From Schmidtea polychroa (Eukaryota): DNA of 64,000 nucleotides. The notes beneath the pieces are model-generated. The model searched no databases and had not been told where the DNA came from. It saw nothing but the letters and a program-made list of their open reading frames with translations. The DNA is taken from the NCBI GenBank assembly GCA_044892525.1, contig CM097888.1:34782001-34846000 (forward strand), written 5' to 3'. Position numbers and translations under genes: made by a program. Positions 10,982 through 24,625 of this stretch are shown here, in pieces; position 1 is the first letter of the stretch; every line of letters starts with the position of its first letter.

Positions 10982-13900
10982 NNNNNNNNNNNNNNNNNNN
11001 NNNNNNNNNNNNNNNNNNNNNNNNNNNNNNNNNNNNNNNNNNNNNNNNNNNNNNNNNNNNNNNNNNNNNNNNNNNNNNNNNNNNNNNNNNNNNNNNNNNN
11101 NNNNNNNNNNNNNNNNNNNNNNNNNNNNNNNNNNNNNNNNNNNNNNNNNNNNNNNNNNNNNNNNNNNNNNNNNNNNNNNNNNNNNNNNNNNNNNNNNNNN
11201 NNNNNNNNNNNNNNNNNNNNNNNNNNNNNNNNNNNNNNNNNNNNNNNNNNNNNNNNNNNNNNNNNNNNNNNNNNNNNGAAACTAAATATATTATAATAAA
11301 ATAATTTAATGAAATTTTCAAATTTTTATTTCATCAGCAGATTTTTTTCTACTTTCGACACACTAATTAAATTTAAATCAATTAAAGTTAATCTTCTCAA
11401 TGGAAATATTTTTCGCAATTTATTATAAATGAAATTATTTCAGGCAAAATTTTGGAAAGATTAATAATCATTTTTTAAGCTTATATATTTTTTGTATTTA
11501 AGAATTATAAAAATATTTATTTTTTCTTATCCCGAAAGCTTTGCGATGATATTTTAAAATTTTTATCAAGTTGATTAATAATGTTATTATAAATTTTATT
11601 AGGTATTAAAACAAATCAAACATTGTTATCAAATAAAGGGAATTGTAATAAAAATTTGGCAGTAAAATAGTAATTATTCAGAAAGAACATTGTAAAAATT
11701 TTGAAAACATCTAAAAATAATTGATAAATAATATTAAATTATTTCATTAATATTTTCTCATCTAAAATATTTTACACAATTTTACAACGAAATTGTAGTA
11801 AATTCTAAAAATTTTTAATCAATGAAAATAATGAAATTTTCAATAATTATTTTTCAATAATTCATTTATAATTTTCTAACCATTGCGATTCATTAAAACA
11901 AAGTAATAATTATCACCTCCATATTTAAAAACAAGCGAACAGAATGTACTGTTTTGAATTTCGGTTTCCGGCGCAATATTTTGTAATTAGACATATCAAT
12001 TATATTTTATCACGAGAATAAATAAATAAATAAATTTATTTGTTTGATTTTTTGCATTAACGAAGATTAAACTAAAAAATAATTATTTTATTTGTTTGCT
12101 AATAATTCGATGTGGTGTTGATGATTACGCCATCTGAGATAGATTTCTCTATCCGGGATTAGTAAATTTTCTAGAAATAATTTTTCCAAATATCATTTTT
12201 ATTAATTTATTTTTTTAATTGAATTTGCTATTATCGCAAATTCCTCCTTTAGAATCATATTCGGAATCTCAAAGCATTCTTTATTTGTATTAATACAAAT
12301 GTTCATGAAGATTACTTACACCACGGGAGTGTACTTTCTTCTTGTAATTTCATTGTAAAAAAACAAGTGAAACAGCGTTAAAATATTGACACTTTAACAG
12401 TTAAGGTTTGAAAGTTAACTATTTCTTTTTGACTTCAGAATATCAATTGATAGTAATTTCTCCTTGAATGAAATCATTAAGTAAGTAAAGCGGTAGCATA
12501 AAAGATTAATGTTAATAGTGTATTGTATTTATCATAAAGCTTGACTATGAATTAGTAAATATATCGATATATTTTCGATATTCACAAATTATCGCCACTG
12601 CTTTTTTCAAAATGACTTTGATCAAATTGCTATGTATGATGAGTTTCTTGCTAATTGTAATAATTAGAGCAAACTTATACTAATTGAAAATATGCTATAT
12701 TCAGTAATAATAATTTTCAATAAATACCTTTTTTCAACAAACTTTGTCCATAAATTTATGATGAGACGTATACTTGTAATAGTAATGATATTAATCATTT
12801 AAATATTAAATAATAAAAGTAATGAGTTATTGGCATTTACATGCTTTTGAATCATTTATACGACATTTATCCGTTACTCTCATTCGACCATTCGGGATTT
12901 GTACTGTTAATAACATATAACTTTCACATTTCCAGACTCTCGGAGTCTTCACTCGCATCGCGTAATAAATATAAAATTATGTTGTAGTTACAAACATTAA
13001 ACTGTCGTCTTTCTCATGATATCAATAGGGCTTAGTTTTCTTATAACTACAACTTTTCTTCATTTTTGAGAATGTTCTATTTTTACAAAAGAGAATCTCA
13101 ATAACCTTTTGCGCCTTGTTGTTTTGTACCCGATCGATTAAAGAAGCACTTTCTACAAATAACTCTGCTGATATAATGAAACTGAGAAATTCTCGATCAT
13201 TTTTATGATAACGATTTTTCTAAATTTCTTGCATTTTCTGATCATACCAATGATTTCATTACGAATATTAAAAATAAAGAATTAATCTATCTGCTCAAAT
13301 TTTTAGACCCATTTCATTTCTAACATATTGTTCTATTACATCAATTGATTCTCTTTATGTAATAGGCTTGTAAAACTTTATCCTAATTACGACACTTCCA
13401 CGGATTTATTGTATGACATGTCAATGGAAATGTATTTGATAATGTCTCATTATAATAAGGAATAGTAAATTAATTTATTAAACACAAGTTGAAATGTCAT
13501 CCAAATTTGAGGAATTTTTTACCATTGAACGGCTTCACCTTTTTCATGAGCCACGTTCTCAATGATAATATATATTTAAAAACAGTTACAAACTTTTATT
13601 TAATTGACATTTCATTTAATACATGTAAAATATCAACTGATCTTGAAATTTAATTATATATTGGTTTAATTTGATTATATTAATTTTATTTTTAATATAT
13701 TAATAGTGTTTTTGATAAAATAATATAATAATTAAAATTTACATAAAATATTTAATATTAATTAGAAGATATAATTCATAGTATCAAATTTAAATAAAGC
13801 ACTATTAAATTAGATATTACTAATTAGATATTAATAAAACTTTAAACCTATTAAATTTCAAGGTTACAATAATAAATGAAAAACTATATTTTAAAATAAT

Positions 13901-15559
13901 TTTACATCAAAATCTAAATTTGATTTAAAACTTTTGAGTAAAGTTCCCTCATTTCAATTATCACAATTATGTTTATGAAAGCATTTGAATTCTGAAAATT
14001 GAGAATAATAATTCAGTCAAACGATATTCTAGCTGTAGCCCTTCAAATGATTTTTTTTATTTTTTCAATGAAAAATTTAAATTTAATTTATTTCCTAATT
14101 AACAAAAAAAAACATAAAAACAGAACTAAAAATAAATTTGAAAATGGATAACGAATGATCCAGTGGGGAAATCAGAAAAATAAAAAGGGGAATAATCAAA
14201 AAAAATTATATATCTTGGAAGCTACCTAAAATAACCGAGGAATGCATGGGTGATGCTGAGATTGCTTGCAAAAAGGAAACAAAAGCAACATTTGCTATCT
14301 CTAAATGCCAGTAAATGACTACCTATAAATGGTGGAAACATAAATTAAATCAATTAAGAACTTAAAATTTGAAAAAAAGAAGCGGGGAATTAATTTCGAA
14401 ATAAAAAAAATAAAATAATAAATAAAGGAAAATAGGCTTGTCTACTAAATGTAAACGAGTAATATGGATCAAATTAATAAAAATGAATGTCATCAGTCAA
14501 AACGCGAAGGCAATCGGGCTAATTTTACCATTTATCAGTTCAGTAACGGTAGTTGAGTGATCTTTTAAGTTGTAATACGCACTCGACAACGAAATTTGTT
14601 TTTATTGTTACCAGATAAAGCACGCTTAGAATTAGATCAATAATTGTAACTTTCACATTTTACCGACAATCCCCAAAAATTATATCTTGCAATTAAATTT
14701 TGTATCAAATACCACTAATGTAATTATATAATTTTTTTTACAAATGTATATCTATAATATATAAAAATTATTTTTAGTCTCAGACGTTTCCTGGAAAGAT
14801 CATTTATGACAAAAGGCATTGTAAAAATGGTTTCGAGGCCAATAATTGTATTGAACTCAAAATATAAATCATCAATAATAATGAAATAATTACAGTAACA
14901 AAATATAAGAAATGGTAACAAAATCTAATTTAATAATTCATAATTTGTGAAACTTAATTTGGTACAAATACCAGTTGAAAATAATGCTACTTTTATTTCA
15001 TTCAAACAAGAAAAGAATTGTTATTTTTCAAAGGTCATTGAAAAATTCTCAATTTTAATAATTAAAATACTAAAAATAAATTTAATAGAATCATATTTTA
15101 TTTCATTTAATATGTTTTGATTAAGTTAATTGAAATCGGTTAATTCTTGGTGCTCTAGAAACAAATATCAACCTTTTCAGAATACATTCAATAGAATAAT
15201 ATATTAAACAATAGGAATATTATCGAAACCATGAATTCTTTAAAAAGTTATAATAATTATATTAACTTTTGCTCAATGTTCTTTAAATTCTATTTCAAGT
15301 CACTTTTTACTTTCCAGATGTTGGCTAAACTTCTCTCTGCTTTTTTTACTGTCCACCCCTTGTTGAAATTCAAATTCCTATAATATGAACTAAATCTGAT
15401 ATGAGGCATTCTTAATTGGAGAAGTATTCAACGTCTTCAAAGTCAATTAACTTAATCTCACTGGTTTTTCTATTTACCATTATATTTTCTGATTTCAAAT
15501 CTAAATAATAAATGTCCAGAGAGCAGAGTTTGTTCAAACATTTGATTATATTTCAACAT

Positions 15560-16420
15560 TAATTTTCGAACCCAATGATCTTATCAACAATACTTCACAT
15601 ATTACGTGTCCCAATAATCATTAAAATGTTTTAATAAAATTTTACATTCAGGAATACCTATTTTACTCATACAACTCTTATTGTGTTCAATAATATTGGT
15701 AAATCCAGTCGGTCAAATATGTTCATACGAATACAGAGAAGACGGGAAGTATATCCAATGTATGTGTCGTTGCATTTCCATTAGATGGAAATTGATAAAC
15801 GTAATCCAAACAAAGTGCAACCGAAGTTTGAGACATTAATAAACATATTGCGCACTTTACACAAATTAGAGACAATTTTATAATTTAAATGGTCCAACAG
15901 TTTGCTTATATTCTTTTATTTTAATCTGTATAACCTTCTGAGAATGGTAATACCAACAAGAATCTAGACTCATAATCTTTACACAAACACTATTAATATT
16001 ATTTATTTCTTCATCTGATTTGCAAGTTACATTCAGACAGTCTTAAATATAGATCCTTAGAATCTTTAATACATTTATTAGCAGTTTCTATCATAATAAT
16101 TATGATAAATAATTTTGAATACTCATTTTCCAATAATCACGCAACCAATTTATCAACACGATTTACTGAATTTGCAAAAGTATAAAATAAAGACTATGGA
16201 CGATAACTCAACTCTTTCACCATGTTTCTCTAAAATTTAAATTCACAGAATTTTTTAGAAGACGTCAAAATATCAATATCGGTTTGTTTTCTATAAATCT
16301 CTATTTCGTATGGTTTATCTTAGCGAGTTTTTAAGAATTTCAATAATTTAATAACTGGATTTCCTTTTGTTTCACATACGAATATAATATTTCGACATAA
16401 GTTATTCGTGTAATACAAAA
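15560..16420 (-). mobile_element. Decayed Penelope-like element (RT thumb + GIY-YIG remnant)
   Basis: Minus-strand pieces EIYRKQT (~16285, cf. YRKPT), YVYQF...WKCNDTYIGYTSRLLCIRM (15724-15806, GIY-YIG) and EVLLIRSLGSKL (cf. E.L.I..L.P.LN). Many stops and frameshifts. Confidence 0.65.
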
Positions 16421-16593
16421 ACGGATCTAAAAAAATTAAAGATTGTTTCTTCTGCTTATTCTGTTTGATCTTAAATATATGACGTTGTCTTTATAAAAAA
16501 GACTATGAATTAGTAAAGATATCGATATTTGGTTAAAATGCAATAGGATATATGAAACCGATGAGCAAATGAAACTGATTTGTATCCTTATCC

Positions 16594-18593
16594 CAGGGGT
16601 CTCAAACTCAAACTGGCCTGCGGGCCGCATTAGACTAGAATCATGAGCCGGCAGGCCGCAACATAATATTTTTTTGAAAATAAATACTCGAGAATGTATC
16701 ATAATTGCAATTTTTTAGAAATATGAAAAAGACATTATTATGAACACAAAAATGTAACAAAATTATTTAAATAAAGACAAACATAGCGTCAAATATATTA
16801 TTTTTATTTCTGGCGACTTAGTTGGCAACGTTTAGCCACCACAAGAGCATCAATATTAGGAACAATCTTTTGAGATGTGTCCAGTCTTAGTGTGGCTTGT
16901 AAATGTTCGTCATTTAACTTTGTTCTTGTTGAAGATTTGTTGAATTTCATCAATGAAAAAAATTGTTCACAAAAATAGGTGCTTCCAAATATTGCAATAA
17001 TCTTTACTGCCTGAAAATGCAACCTTGGAAATCTTTCTTGTTGGAAATACGAATAAAACTTAAGAATTCCAACATCAAAGTACTTTTGTTTTAAAATAGA
17101 ATCACACTGAAGCTCCACTAATTCCATCTGAATTTCCTCAGCCACGGATTCAATATGAACAGCAAATGGTGTTGAAAAAAGTTGGAACTGTGGTTCAAGC
17201 ATTTTAAAATCTTTAAATCGTGTCTCAAACTGTTGAAGGAGTTCGTTAAGAATACCTGAATAGGCTATCAAACAATTGGGTTCAATTTTTTTCAGTTGAG
17301 TGTTTGAAAATGAATGTAGTTACCATTGGAAATTTGTTTGTTCCACAAGTTCAGCTTGATTTTGAATGATTTGATGTGATCATACATTTGAGTTATGATC
17401 AAATCTTTTCCTTGCAGTTTTGTATTCAGATCATTCAAGTGATCTGTAATATCAGTTAGAAAAGCAAGATTGCTGATGAAATTTGAGTCTGTGAGTTCTG
17501 ATACTTCTTTGTTTTTTATTTTCATGAATGAGTCGATCTCATCCAAAAAATCAAAAAATCTTCTTAACCTTTCCACCTCAGTGTGATATAAAAGTTCAAC
17601 ATGTTGGCTTTCATTTGAAGGAAGGAAAGAAGAAAATTATCAGTGGTTTAGACCTCTTGATCTAATAAAATTAACTGTTTTACTACAATTTCTATTACTT
17701 CTTTCATTTTAATATTTTTCCCACACAGAGCTTCTTGGTGTAAAATGAAATGAATGCTGGTAAAGTTGTTGCCATGAGGACTGCGGATTTGAGGTTTGTT
17801 TTTAAGTAGACCAACAACTGCCACATTTTCTTTAAGTATTGCTGGAGCGCCATATGTTGCAAGATTAACTAATTTTGACCAAGGTAGCTCAGCATTAGCA
17901 AAACACTCTTCAAGCTTTTGAAAGATATCTTTTCCTATGGTTGTGCCCTTCAAAGGTATTAATTCTAGCAATTCCTCAGTAATTATTAAATGTCTATCAA
18001 CACCTCTAATGAAGACTGCACATTGGGCTGTGTCAGTTGTGTCTGTGCTCTCATCAATAGCAATGGAATATGCTTCAAAAGTTTTAGCGATATTGACAAG
18101 TTGTTTTTAGTGTCATCTACTAACTCAGAAATTCGAGTAGACACTGTATTAGCAGATAGACTTATTCCCTGAAACAATTTCTTCTTTTCAGGGCACATCA
18201 TTTCGCAGGCTTGTACCATGCATTCGGAGGCATTTTATATATTATTTCTTTTGTTTAGAACTGTTGAAAAAAATTGAGTAAAAATTATTGAATACGGATA
18301 ATTCGTTAAAATTTACAACAATGATCAAAGTTTTTTATTATAACCTTTGATGATGCTTTGTTTGAGTCAAATTTTAAACTAAAAATATTATAATTTTCTA
18401 AAGTTTTCCTTTAATAAGCATTAATTAAAAATATTGAAGTCATGCTTTTAAATTAAAAAAAAATTAATTTAAAAACTTGATTTTTAACTGCGGTATGCAG
18501 TTCTTGTTATTTAATTAATTTCAATTTCAAATTATAAACTTTTTTTGGTAATTTATTAAAAAGTCTTCTCGGGCCGCTTGTTTGAGGCGCCTG
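16594..18593 (-). mobile_element. Internally deleted hAT (Buster/SPIN, GTF2IRD2-like) DNA transposon, 2.0 kb
   Basis: TIRs CAGGGGTCTCAAAC / CAGGCGCCTCAAAC. TSD CCTTATCC / CCTTAACC (7/8, central TA). Broken transposase ORFs at 17986-18219 (MCPEKKKLFQGISLSANTV), 17648-17971, 17292-17576 (LAFLTDITDHLNDLN) and 16804-17271 (hATC domain, FGSTYFCEQFFS). Confidence 0.92.
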
Positions 18594-19599
18594 CCTTAAC
18601 CTATGTTTATAGGAATGATGTATTCTTAGCATATGTAAAAAAAATTGAAAAATCTTCATTTCAAGATGACAATAAAGCATTTTATTTATTTAATGAAAAT
18701 TAGATTTAATTAACTATTTAACAGTCAAGATTATTTGGAAACATATTTTTGGGATGGAATTTATATATTAAAATATTATTTTCTCATATTTCAAAGAAAA
18801 AATTATTAGAATTATACGGTTTCCCATTACATTCTAGAAATTCTTCGTTCTATGATAGATTGACATGAAATTCGTAATTATTTTTCAGTAAATATTTTTT
18901 TGGGTTTAATAATAATATTTTATTTTTATATGAATTTTATTGATTTCCTAAAGGCGGTGTCAATGAAAATAAAAAAAATTAATATGAAAAAAACTACGAG
19001 AATTAAAATAATTTCTTTAGCCTTAGGAATTTGTATTTATTTACTGTATTTATTTGCAAAACATTTCATGAATTTTCAGTTAAATTTCCAGTTCATTTAT
19101 TAATTATTTTAATAGAATAAACTTAATTTCTTTATAAAATTAATAGATTTTTTTCTACCTGAATTTTAATTTCAAATTTATTCTTGAGAAATTTTTTAAA
19201 TACAAATGAATGCAATAAATTTCAAAAAAAAATTAGAAATACTAAGATAGCATTAGCGGAGAAATTATAATAAAATACATTAAATATTTTAATCACAAAG
19301 TAATTAAATAAATAAATATTTATAAATGAAATGTTTTTTAAAAAATTCTAGTATATTAGAATTTCTTGATAAAGTATATGGAAATGTTCAAAAAGTGGAA
19401 ATTGAAATATCTTTTCAATTAGAAACGTTTGTAAAAATTTAATAATTGAGTAAAATAATTTTCAACAATTTCCTATAATTATATAAAATTATTTCAGTAG
19501 AATTGTTTTAAGTGATTTTTCGCTTGAAAATTAATATTTATATCATCACAATACAAATGGGATAATAAATAGGGTAATAAAATACTAATAAACAAGTAA

Positions 19600-19745
19600 T
19601 AGCGAATAAAAATCAAGATATATATGAAGGTCCATACACAGCAATGAAGAAATACACAAAAGAAGCTATTTAGTACGAGATAAAAATGAGAAAAATTTGT
19701 TCAGAAATGTTGAGAAGAATGAAACATTTTTAAAGAGGATGTGAT
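19600..19745 (+). mobile_element. Relic of a gypsy integrase C-terminus related to the 36.8-41.4 kb element
   Basis: Frameshifted translation YEGPY...IHKRSYLVRDKNEKNLFRNVEK...FLKR parallels YEGPYKVIEKVHDRRYILRNEDGKRIERNVEKLKNFLRR at the end of pol. Confidence 0.6.
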
Positions 19746-20365
19746 TAATAATTTCTAAAAAGAATAAAATTTTATTGCAAAGAATTCAAGAAGTTATTTA
19801 AGAATTTAAAAATGCTTTAAAAATATTTTTTTAAATATATTTTTTAAAAATGTATTGAAAATCTTCTGGATGAAATATTAAAAAATTATAAAATTATACA
19901 AAAAATTTAATTGGATGCTGAATTTGTATGAAAGTGTTATTTGAATTAAATTTTTAAAATTATCCCAAATTGTTTTTAAATAATAACAATAAGAAAACAC
20001 TAATTAAAATTTTACATGTTAAATAAATTAAATAATTTTTTGGCGCTTAATATTTTTTTATTACCAGAGTCAGACGAATTAAATACAATAATAACTAATT
20101 AATGATGACAATCCAAAATCATGAGACTCTCCTTCAGAATATTTAGCCCAAAGGATATTTTCAATACACTTTGAGAATGATTTCTTTCATCAGTTGGTTT
20201 CATTATCAATGTCATTTTGCCGACCATGATGGCATTTCCTTTAAAGTATAAGTTATCGCCATAAAATTTGCAAATAATTGCATTTCATATTTATATTTAA
20301 AATGAATTAATGTGTCCCGGTATTATAGATTTTCAAATATTATATACAATTTTATACATATAGAG

Positions 20366-20765
20366 CAGCGGTCCTGAAAACCTTTTAGCCATTACCCCAA
20401 AATATTTTTGCGTAGGTTGTTATTACCCCTACATTCTGAAAAGCAAAAAAGCAGGGTAAATGTATATTATTTATTATTTATTTAATTAATTGGAATTTTT
20501 ATAAAAACTATCTGTAAGCAAATAAAAACTGTAAACATTAATATAATTCAAATGCTTTTACGTTTAAGAAAGATGATATTGTCTCATTTTTGCTAAAAAT
20601 GATTTTAAAATTAGGACTTTTTGACGTGAAGTGGTATGTTCTGATATGTTGGATACTTCACACTTGAAAGGATCAACAATACAACTGTCAATATGGAGGT
20701 CTAAATCTGGCAAATAATGAGAGAAGCCTTCTCTGAGTCTGATTATATAACCATATCCTTGGAAA
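20366..20765 (-). mobile_element. hAT (Buster/ZBED5-like) 3' end fragment
   Basis: TIR-like CAGCGGTCCTGAAAACC at 20366, preceded by ATATAGAG (nnnTAnnn). Minus-strand peptide LREGFSHYLPDLD...IVDPFK...KMRQYHLS* resembles Buster transposase C-terminal segments. Confidence 0.55.
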
Positions 20766-21940
20766 TAGCCTGATTGGAAATTGGTGGCGCTTGAAATTAA
20801 AAGGCATATCTGTTGGTATGAGTGGAATTCTTGAGATGAAGACATCTTCTCCTTTGACGCAGCCTGTCCAAATTGTGGCTTCTATTACATGAGGTAAGAG
20901 ATTCTTTGATGCTCAATCGTGTTCCATTGCACAGTTTAGGGGATCCAAATTTCTCAGAAGTATGATAGGAGATCCAATTTTAAGTTCCAAGTTATGTGAA
21001 GGCATGCCAGGAGGCTCCAAAGAATTCAAAAACTCTGTTGGATAGTAAACAGCTTGGGCCGGAGGCTCCAAAGAATTCAAAAACTCTGTTGGATAGTAAA
21101 CAGCTTGGGCCGGAGGCTCCAAAGAATTCAAAAACTCTGTTGGATAGTAAACAGCTTGGGCCGGATTTGTAACTGTATCAATTGATTTGTAGGTTTTTGA
21201 AATGCCTGGTAGAAAATTGTGAATTTGAGAATTGATGCTGTTGGTACTTGAATTCTTTAGATCAAGAATGGCCCTTTTGCACAACCACTCAGGATTTTTT
21301 AACTGGTCTTGGATGTTTGAAAATGCAAGTTTCAACTCTTCAAGTGACTTTGCTACAGTGCAAAAATTTGATGCGAAAGAAACCGTTCCTGATGCTGGGT
21401 CTACCTGCCACTTTCCATCGCCAAGTTGAAGCAATTGATGTGAAAAATAGCCTGCTGCATTATCTTCATGTAAATGGACTCTCATGTTGGTTGTCAGAGT
21501 CATTTTCTTGACCTGTTTTCACAGAGTTGAAGCTTTGAGGAAGGCATTCAACTCATCGCTTGGTGTTGACCTTGGAATGACAGGCAAAGTTTGTAGAAAA
21601 TCTCCAGCTAATACCACAACTGTTCCTCCCATTAGTTTTTTGTTTCCTTTTAAATCCTGAAGAATTGAAGCAGTTGTACACAAATCCTATTTTATAAACC
21701 TAACATGATCTACAACTTTTATTTGTAAAATTGTTGCCAATTACACCTCCTTGGGGTATCTACTGTAGTAAATCAAGGTGACCCTGAGTAGGTGAGTAGG
21801 GGTGGTCACCTGGGGTTGAAACATAGCCTATTACCTGTCCCGAATCAAATGAGGGTCACGTGCAAAATTTCAAAAATTTAACGGTGGGGAATTCTATGGG
21901 TAACAAACAAACAAACAAACTTTTATCTTTATATATTAGA
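20766..21940 (-). mobile_element. Helitron deletion derivative: 5' terminus joined to a PIF1 helicase fragment
   Basis: 5' end a|TCTAATATATAAA at 21940, then (GTTT)n and a GGTGACC/GGTCACC hairpin (21777-21810). Helicase motifs GGTVVVLAGDFLQTLPVIP, LTTNMR, YPTEFLNSL.PPGMPSHNLELKIG and RIPLIPTDMPF...QFPIRL are present with a stop and frameshifts. No Helitron 3' CTRR end was found. Confidence 0.88.
21010..21162. repeat. Perfect 51-bp tandem repeat x3 inside the Helitron helicase
   Basis: Identical units at 21010, 21061 and 21112. Each encodes PAQAVYYPTEFLNSLEP in frame on the minus strand. Confidence 0.95.
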
Positions 21941-24563
21941 TTGCCAATAAAAACAAAAAACATTTCTATTATACTGGAAATGATTAAATGTTTTTTTTCT
22001 AATGCGTTTTAAAACAAAGTTTTACATTTTGAATATTATTTATTTATTTCTTATCAATGTTTCATAATTAAAAAAAATAAAAAAATTTAAAATTATGAAA
22101 TAGAATTTTAAAATTGGTTATTTTCCTCACTTATTATCATCAACAGTAATGATTGAAATAATTGTAAAATTTCTAATACTACTATTTCAATGACTGGCAT
22201 AAGTAGATAAAATGAAATATTTAATTCGACACAAACATGTATAGACAGAACATTTCTATATTTATTTGTTTTTCTAAAGATTTATTTTTGTTTAATTTCG
22301 AGCATTGATAATTTTCACAATACATCAAAATCCAAACGGAACTCAGTTGTCATTAATACCGAGATTATTATTATTTATGATATTTTTTGTACTTTATTAA
22401 ATCTTTCATTAATTTTAATAAGGAATTTTGTAATGTTATGTTTGTTTTCTGTTATTTCTAGTGCATTAAATTAAATTTTTATATTTTAAAATTTAAACTT
22501 CTTACAGTTAAAAATAATGTTATAATTAATAATTATAAATAAAAAATGAAATATAAATTAATAAAGTTTATTCGGTCTCGTTTTATTTTAGATGGAATTT
22601 TTATCATTGGATGAAATCGAATAATTACATTTATTTTTTAATTTAGTTATTCTTATAATCAAGTCGAATTAAGTTGTCTTATTAGATAAATTGTTCTCCG
22701 GAAAGGGAAATTTATATAAAACAGAACTTTTATCTTAGTTGATAAGGAAAATTTAGTTAATAATTATTATTTTGTTTTAATGAATGAAAATGGCTATAAA
22801 ATATTAATGTATTGTCTTGAAAACAGTTATAAAATTATGTATTATAAATTTGCTTGTNNNNNNNNNNNNNNNNNNNNNNNNNNNNNNNNNNNNNNNNNNN
22901 NNNNNNNNNNNNNNNNNNNNNNNNNNNNNNNNNNNNNNNNNNNNNNNNNNNNNNNNNNNNNNNNNNNNNNNNNNNNNNNNNNNNNNNNNNNNNNNNNNNN
23001 NNNNNNNNNNNNNNNNNNNNNNNNNNNNNNNNNNNNNNNNNNNNNNNNNNNNNNATCACATTTGTGTTACTTAATCTTATTACAATATACATCACTCATG
23101 TTTTGAATAGTCTTTTTCTGGAAGATTGTGCTTTACATTTGTATTGAAAATAAAACAAAAATTTGATGGATAGCCTAAAAGAAAATGAGGAGTAAAAGAA
23201 TTTAAGAAAAAAAGATAAAATATTTCACTAATAAAATTTATTTAAAACAAACAAAGTTTTAATGTATATTTATTTACAAAAATAGTATATTTAAAAATTT
23301 AGAATTTATCTTATTACAGCTCTCTGAAAATTATTTTGTTTTTGCAACAGATTTGAAATTATCTTAATAAAATTCATCATATTTTTATTTGTTGTGATAT
23401 TATGGGAAATTTATTGGCTAATCATCTTTCTTCAGCAAACAAAATAAAAAATGACAAATATTTTTAGAATTCTAAATAAATATATTTTATAATTTACTTT
23501 GGCCGTGCCCGTTTTGTTACTTGTAAATACTGAATATTCAAACTAATTATGCTTTGAAATTAATATAATTGTTTAATCGTTTATCAGTTTTTACTTTATT
23601 TATAAAATTCATTTATTTGAAATATTATTTGTAATATTTAGATTAATTATTCGTCAATAATAAACATTTATTGTATTCCAATTACGCCATTTCTAAATTC
23701 AATTTGCTACAAGCACTCATTAAAATTATAAAATAATACACATTTTGAGTAAATTGCGTAATTGTCTATTTTCTAAAAATCACTTGAGTGTAACATAAAA
23801 ATTTTAATTCTGCTTATAGAAAATTCTATTTGTGGAATGACATGTGTAAAACTCAAATAATTACAACTTTTTGTGAAACATCTTTGACATTTTTGCTAGA
23901 TAATGACAAGAAAATAAAATGTAATAAAATATTATTTCCAAATATTAGAAAAGATTTTCGGTAATTAATATAGTTCTATATTTTTAGCTATTTTAAAAAT
24001 GAGATTTACTTATTTTTATAATTAAAAATAGATTACTTAACAAAAATGAGAACAATAATGGAAAGACAAATGGGATTTTGACAAAAGTTAAAAGTAAGGG
24101 CTTTAAATATTTTTCGAATATTTGAAGATTCCAAATTTACAAGACAGAAATTATACAATTATAAATTAAAAACAAAAAAGGCAGGATAAAATAAAATTTT
24201 ACATGTGAAGGTGAAATGAACCAACAGTTATTTAATGGAAAGTGTATTAAGAGTCTATTTCTATCAACTAAAGTCTAACTGCAATTTATAATACTCAATT
24301 TAGTATAACACGTGTTGAAATTACATTTAAGTGAATCTTTGAAAATCATGAAGAAAAAATAACGATATTATATCATAAACAGGCTTTCTACAGAATGATT
24401 CTGATGATTGGAAATTATGTATATTTATGTAAAAATGTAAACTTTATATTGTAAAAGAATAAATATATAAAGGAATATTTTCGTAAATTGGTTTACTTAT
24501 ATACAGATTTAACCAACCAAACTTCAAGATCCAAAATAGTCTTCACTTTTTAGATAAAGGTGA

Positions 24564-24565
<2 letters not shown>

Positions 24566-24618
<53 letters not shown>
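24566..24618. repeat. (ATT)n microsatellite
   Basis: About 17 ATT units. Confidence 0.95.

Positions 24619-24625
<7 letters not shown>

Noticed and set aside
12820-13570. Minus-strand gag-like fragments (WLMKKVKPFNG)
   Set aside because: Too degenerate to assign; only one weak motif.
20150-20195. Minus-strand CTGATGA-A-AGAA-ATCA-TTCT-CAAA hammerhead-like string
   Set aside because: It lacks G12, has a weak AT-only stem and no helix III palindrome; likely chance.
21010-21162. Direct repeats as a CRISPR array
   Set aside because: The units are head-to-tail with no spacers, lie inside a helicase frame, and the context is eukaryotic.
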